Assembly (NCBI GenBank): GCA_904063045.1
Contig: CAJFCJ010000117.1
Coordinates: forward strand, 12,809 to 48,654
Length of the DNA stretch: 35,846 nucleotides
DNA from: Dimorphilus gyrociliatus
Taxonomy: Eukaryota > Animalia > Annelida
Direction of reading: 5' to 3'
Part shown: positions 30,021 to 35,846 of the stretch, piece after piece
How positions within the stretch are numbered: the stretch's first letter is position 1
Layout of the letters: each line of letters opens with the position of its first letter
The notes under the pieces: generated by a model
The model's database searches: none
The model's input: only the letters and a program-made list of their open reading frames with translations
What the model was told of the DNA's origin: nothing
Translations under genes and position numbers: made by a program

Positions 30021-33000
30021 ATGATAAATTTAACAAATCTAACAATTATCACAGCTATAAGCGTTTTATTTAGCCAAGGAAACGCAGGTTTCTTGAAGAA
30101 TTTCTTTTTTTATTAAATTAATTCTATTCAATAAATTTATAAAATTTTTCTTTCAGAAAATCAACATTGTTTAAGTAATGAAAATTGTTTACAGTTTGAA
30201 ATCTGTGCATTTGGCAAATGCATTTGTAATTTACAATATGGACAAGATTTCTGCGATATTAGTAAGATTAAAATATTTTTGCTTGGAGAAAATATGGATT
30301 TTAAAGGTATTCCTAAGATCAGGGAAAGTAGGGTTAAAAGCTAAAATTTTTTGTCCACATTTTCTCCAACATTCAAACATTTTTTAACAAAAAAAAAAAA
30401 TCTGAAAAATCTTTGTATTTAATAAAAAGGTAAGAATTTAATTTTAAAAAGAATGAAATTTGTAAATAAAGTTAGTAATACTACTATTTCTGTTAAATCA
30501 ATTGACGAATGCTACAAAATCTGTTTAAACACTACTCAATACGACTGTGTTGGAATTTCTTATACGAAAGGAAATAATACAAATGTTAATTTTCAATGTC
30601 AAATATTTAGTGAAATTTCTTTTCCATTAATTGAAAGTGAAAATTCTTCATTAATTATTCGAAAAGGTAAAAACCAAAATCAGTAAAAGAAGACAAGGAG
30701 GGACAACGCTGTCCTTCTTTGTTATTGTGAATAGCGATTTTATTTGAAAAACAATGATCTATACAGACAAACAACTAGGTGTTTGCGGCTCTAATTCTAG
30801 TATAGTACCACCAATGGAAGAATGCTATTCATATTTATGGATTGAAAGTGGTTGCTTTACAGAAGAATTTAGGCCTACTGAACTGGAAGAATCGATGACT
30901 ATTTCTCAGTTTAGCATTTACGCTAAAGATGTTTTTAAATTATCTATGAAAAAACACCAAATAAATTCAAATACGAAGAATTATAGATTAATCTGCTACA
31001 AGAATCTTTATGATAGAACGAACATAGCTTTTAATAGAAAAGTTACGTATTCTGGAAAATTGGATAGTCCATTACTAGATCCAATCCACATTGTGGATGG
31101 TTTATATCACAACGACATTTCTTTAGGATCTTGTTCAATATTGACAATGTTTAATTCAACTAAACCAAAACTATCAATTGAATTGAGTGAATATCACGAA
31201 GAGATAAAAATTGTTTTGTGGCCGACAAACGAAGAAAGTAAACTAAAAACAAAAACAAAAAAATTATCTTTTTCCTTATTAATTCCTTTTTGTTTTTCGT
31301 TTAGTAAATCAAACATTTATTGTTTATATATCCGAACCGAATAATTTATGCTCCAATAACGTCGAATTAGAAATGAATTCAACAGCCAAAGTCTTTTGTA
31401 GTAATTTAAAAGAAAACGGAAGTGAAATAATAATTGAAGTAAAATTTAACGATAACCTTCACCTTTGCGAAGTGGAAATATTTTCAGGTGAATAAATTAA
31501 ATATAATTTATATAAATATTAAAAATTCAATTAAATCTACTTTTTTTTTTACAGTAAATTTAGCTTTTAAAAAACCAGTTTTATCCAAATTAGCAAAAAA
31601 GAATCTATATAATTTAACAAATGGCCTAATTAGTAATTACGTATTATTTCACCTTGGAATTGATTATTGGCTAGCAATTAATCTTTTAGCTTACTTTAAA
31701 GTTTTTGGTTTAGACGTTAAACCCAGTTTAACTTTTTTAAATTCATTTAAAAATTTTTACATTGAATTAACCAATGAAAATCCTGCTTTGGCCTATGACG
31801 TAATCAATTATCAATTTTGCGGAAGAAAGAATAATAGTCTATTAACTACTGATGAATATTATACAATTTTATGCTCTAAAGGTGGTGTAGAAGGTCAATT
31901 TGTCGTCTTTCGTAGTAATCGTAGTAATTACGCAAGTATTACATTTAAAGAAATTGAAATATTTGGATATTTTTTAAGATTTCCCTATCAACAAATACGA
32001 ATATCCTCTTAAATAAACCGGTATGGTCCTCTTCCATCTTTAAACACAAACACGCAGGTTCCAGACTAACGAATGGAAATTTCAATGATTTATTCCATAG
32101 CAAAGGAGAAATATATCCTTGGATCAGAGTAGATTTACTTGGAATGTATGTAATTCAAAAAATGTCTGTTACAAACAGAAATGGATATTGTAAGTGTTGA
32201 ATTTTGTTTTTTCAATATGATAAATGAAATATGTTTAAGAAATATTCTCTTTCATAGACGCATTTAGAGCGAGAAACGTAACGGGAATCGTATCGAATTA
32301 TTCAGAATTTTCAATTGAAAATCAACATTTATTTTCTCAAATTTGCTTTAGTAATAATGGATTATTTGATCAAGGAGAATATAAAATGTGGATATGTCAA
32401 CAACCATTTCCTATTGGTAGATTTGCTATACTATATCTTTACGATAATGATAATCCTATACATTTGCATATTATTGAATTTGAAGCCTATGGCGAAGAAA
32501 TAGTTAATCATAATTTTACACTTTTATCACTAGTTAAAAGTGACAGAAATGTTAATATTACCAATATTTTTGACAGCAGCAATGGTGGAAAAGATGAATT
32601 TCCTTTAAAAATTATTGACAATTTAGCTTCAAATATTATTTTAGAAAGTGAATTTTTGTCTTGTAGCGGAACTTTAACGAATGGAAATTTTGAGGGAAGA
32701 ATCAGTATTTATTTGAATAATTTTCATATGATTCATCAAATTGCTCTTCTTTTTCCACTTTTATCCGATGAAGGTATTGAAAATATTGTCCAGTATATAC
32801 TATATATATATTTCTATATTTCTTTATTTATTCATTTCAAAAAGATGAAAACCAAAAAAATTCTCAAAATATACAAACTACAGTTGAAATACTTTCAACT
32901 GAAATACAAAGACAAATTTGTAATTTAACAAACAAGCCAAGTTTTGAATATTCTTTTATAACTGTAAATTTATTGGTAATAGAATATCATTTTATAAAAT

Positions 33001-33845
33001 TGACGAAAATAAAAATCCTATTCAAATTTGTCAAGTTTATATTTTTGGTGAAAAAATATCTTCTAACTTAGAAAGTTTGTCATTTTCTTTTTATTAATAA
33101 ATTATTTTTCAATTCTTTTATTTATTAATAAAAGATTCAGGTAGAATTTTGAATGGAACAATTGGTTATTCGACGAAATATTTACAGATTTACCATAACT
33201 CTTTTTGCGGTTATACTACTCAAGATTATTATGTACAATTACCAGTTTATAATCAATTCAACGCAATTGGATTTTCTTTAAGAAAAACAGCAAATTTTTC
33301 ATTAGGTTTACAAATTTTTGGAGTAAAATATAGCGAAGAAATACTTTGTACAAAATTGTATAAAATTCTTAAAGTTATTCAACCAACATTCTTTACATTT
33401 CCTTGTAATGAAGAAATTATTGCAAAATATTTGAGAATTTATTCATCGAATCAAGAATACGAAATTTGTAATTATTACGTAATCAGTAAAATAGAAATAA
33501 ACACCAATTTGACAGGTAAAAAAACTTTTAATTTGGTAATAATTGATTGAGTTTGAAAAATATTTCCATTTCAAAGTTTATAATATGTTGAAAAATGAAA
33601 ATACATCCATCAAACCAGAATATACCTACGCCGTAAAGGAAACAGTTGACTTTTTATCTTGTTATTTATCTTGCCTAAATGAAAATGAATGCGAAAGTAT
33701 AAACTACTCAACAATTGATAAAAGTTGTAAATTTAGTAAATTTGCAATTCTATCAAATTTACGAGGTTATTTGTTAGAAAATACTTGCAAAAAGTCTTGT
33801 GTTACACTATATAAAGTGGATAATTGTGAATTTGAACTTTGTTGA
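30021..33845 (+). CDS. Secreted mosaic lectin: SP, EGF-like, PAN, 5x F-type-lectin/F5-8C-like, PAN; two -1 frameshifts in this sequence (pseudogene or assembly error)
   Basis: Signal peptide MINLTNLTIITAISVLFSQGNA and phase-consistent introns 30088-30156, 30262-30429, 30667-30766, 31238-31304, 31488-31554, 32190-32257, 32774-32844, 33075-33140 and 33516-33576. The FTP domains end in LCEVEIFS, FKEIEIFG, IIEFEAYG, ICQVYIFG and ICNYYVIS. The frame breaks at T runs 31970-31975 and 32954-32957. Confidence 0.78.
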
Positions 33846-34805
33846 ATAAAGGGCGGTGACGATGTAAAATGTTTGAAATCATCAACGTCAATCCGAAGAT
33901 TTGTGTTCCGTAAACCTCAAATTCTTTGTCGCGAAATGTAATCTACTTTTAACTAGATATTTATTAACAAAATTACGTAATAAATGTATGGATTTTCGCA
34001 ATTTTTCCAATCGTTACACATTACAGTTAGTTGTGCAAGACTTACTGTTTTCTTATCGTTGCTATAGCTACGCCTCAATAATAATTCATAAACTATTTAA
34101 AAGCAGACTGAACAAAAGTACAAGATAGTTATTGCAATGTTAGTTTTGTATTACTGAATTATTTTTTCAGGTTGAATTGAAATGGTTTGGAGCGAAAGCG
34201 AACCAAGTTGCTTTAAGTATTTTATTGTAAAATTCTTTATTGCAGAAATTCACTTTGCACTTAGCAACTGCAAAACTATGTATAAATGACTGGTTTCGCT
34301 AGTATGTTCAGTGAGAGAAATTGTCAAGACACTGACTGTCTGCGTTAATTGGCAGATGTCGTCAATATGGTGGATTGGAAATGGATCACTGGTTTAAACA
34401 AAGACTAACAGTTATCAGATTGATTGCTTACTTCTTTTTACTGCATGTTTTAATCATGGAGTAAAACTGGGTTTATTTCTTTTTCAAAATTCACATCTTT
34501 TCAATTTGTTTTTAAACTCGGTTGATGAATTGTTCTACTTCGAAGCAGCTCTGCAATCGAGCTATAAAGCACGACAAAAGGGCAGAATTAGAATTTTTCA
34601 GAGACCACATCATTTTGCGATTTAACTCTACTGTGACTTGGCAATTAGTAGTTTTAAACAGCATATGATTGCAGTCTATGAATCTTATCTTCTAATTCAT
34701 TGCGAAGTATGCAAAAAGTCTGTCTATAACTTCAATTTGTTTGAATCATGGCTATACTTCTGGTCTACCAGTTTCATTGAGAGAACTTGCATTAAATCAA
34801 TTTGG

Positions 34806-35014
34806 GGGAGTTGACAGAAAATGTCCACAAATGAAAAATTTCAAGACAAAAATTTGGATTGAGAAATGGTTAGGCAAAAGAAAACAGCAACTGATTTGTA
34901 TTTAGGAGGGTCTCCTTTAAGGGTTAAGGGTAATGGAAAAGGTTAGCTACAGCTAAGGGCTGGGTTAGGCTTAGGGTAAAAGTACTGATTTGTGGATGTT
35001 TTCTGTCGCATCCC
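34806..35014. mobile_element. MITE copy 2 (209 bp)
   Basis: TIRs GGGAGTTGACAGAAAATGTCCACAAAT / ATTTGTGGATGTTTTCTGTCGCATCCC, and 7-bp flanks AATTTGG / AATTTGA. Colinear with 6988-7197. Confidence 0.85.
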
Positions 35015-35470
35015 AATTTGAGCTATATTGTAAATATGAAAATTACAGGCTACAAATAGAATTTATTTATGAATGCGTAATTTCTAGTATAGATTAAAAA
35101 TAAACAGGTTGTGTATAATGGAGTATATTAATACAGCAAATGTTAATTGGTGTACTGGTATGATGGAACAACAAAAAATTCATAATAATAATAAAGGTTA
35201 TTTGATGCGATAGAAAAAGGCTCCTGTTATATCACACATACTGTATAAAATATAATCATTAGATTAGGGCCACATGCCAAACATGTGCACTGCAAACAGG
35301 CTGCTCATCAGCATCTGGTATTTGATATGCATCTTTTCCATGTTCTTTGTTCCTTTGTTAATTCCAAGTAGACAATGTCTCTTACAGTTAAAGAGTCTAT
35401 TTCTTACGAAATAGAGTTCTTTCTAAAGTACTGAAAGCTAACAATATGAATTAAAAGTTTTTCTAAAGTT

Positions 35471-35554
35471 CACTATTATAATTGCTATGAAATAGAAGTA
35501 TTTCTATAGTTGCACCATTGTAATTCCTATAAAATAGAAGTCTTTCTAATGTTG
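35471..35554 (+). repeat. Degenerate 42-bp tandem repeat (2 clear units, weaker units upstream from ~35395)
   Basis: CACTATTATAATTGCTATGAAATAGAAGTATTTCTATAGTTG followed by CACCATTGTAATTCCTATAAAATAGAAGTCTTTCTAATGTTG. Confidence 0.75.
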
Positions 35555-35627
35555 CCTTATATCTAAAGTCTAAGTATTCGTTCACTCATTATTTCTAAGT
35601 GCACAGTGAAAAAATTTTAGTGTAACA

Positions 35628-35846
35628 AAAAATATGGGAAGAGGTGGAGTAATGGTTTGGGGACCAATAACTCAGATGGGGTGTTTGAGGTTTGGAGGAT
35701 TAGTCAAAATTGGCAGCCCAAACATATAGCTGATTTGTTGTGGAAATGTTCTTCCTGTCACTGAAGAGATATCACTCAAAATGGGCCGGAATTATGCTTC
35801 CAACAAGACAACTCAGGCTGCACACTGCAAGAGCTAATAGGAGGGC
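35628..35846 (+). mobile_element. Tc1-like transposase remnant running off the window end
   Basis: MGRGGVMVWG..., then after a stop and frameshift FQQDNS..HTAR. Confidence 0.85.

Noticed and set aside
33901-34128. 75-aa plus-strand ORF
   Set aside because: It uses a TTG start, has no domain, and gives no consistent splice link to the upstream gene.
1-35846. Prokaryotic reading (operons, CRISPR arrays, defence systems)
   Set aside because: Dozens of phase-consistent GT-AG introns and animal-specific domains are present. I saw no repeat-spacer array, rRNA or tRNA.

Overview
This is AT-rich animal (eukaryotic) genomic DNA, not a prokaryotic locus. Genes are densely packed and split by short GT-AG introns (mostly 50-70 bp), so most ORF-track entries are exon fragments. 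I reconstructed spliced models by hand. The gene content (soluble AChBP-like protein, GRL101-type receptor, F-type lectin domains) and the compaction suggest a small-genome lophotrochozoan, for example a meiofaunal annelid such as Dimorphilus (inference, not verified). In order, the window holds: the 3' part of an acetylcholine-binding-protein-like gene; an orphan class A GPCR; a 2xPAN protein; a decayed mariner; a TIR element with telomere-like repeats (MITE); two intronless type II membrane methyltransferase-like paralogs sharing a near-identical 602-bp core and flanking an F-type-lectin-like gene; a 16-exon, ~1485-aa SRCR-like/C-type-lectin-like/6xLDLa/LRR/7TM receptor; a BC-box/Cul2-box-LRR gene; a RING-B-box-coiled-coil-LRR (TRIM-like) gene; a small secreted orphan; a patch of transposon remnants (MITE-like, Gypsy RT, Tc1); a PAN/EGF/5xF-type-lectin gene with two single-T frameshifts; a second MITE copy; and a Tc1 remnant. 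The strongest leads are the putative Golgi glycan O-methyltransferase pair, the pattern-recognition-domain GPCR, and the two LRR-type ubiquitin-ligase genes.
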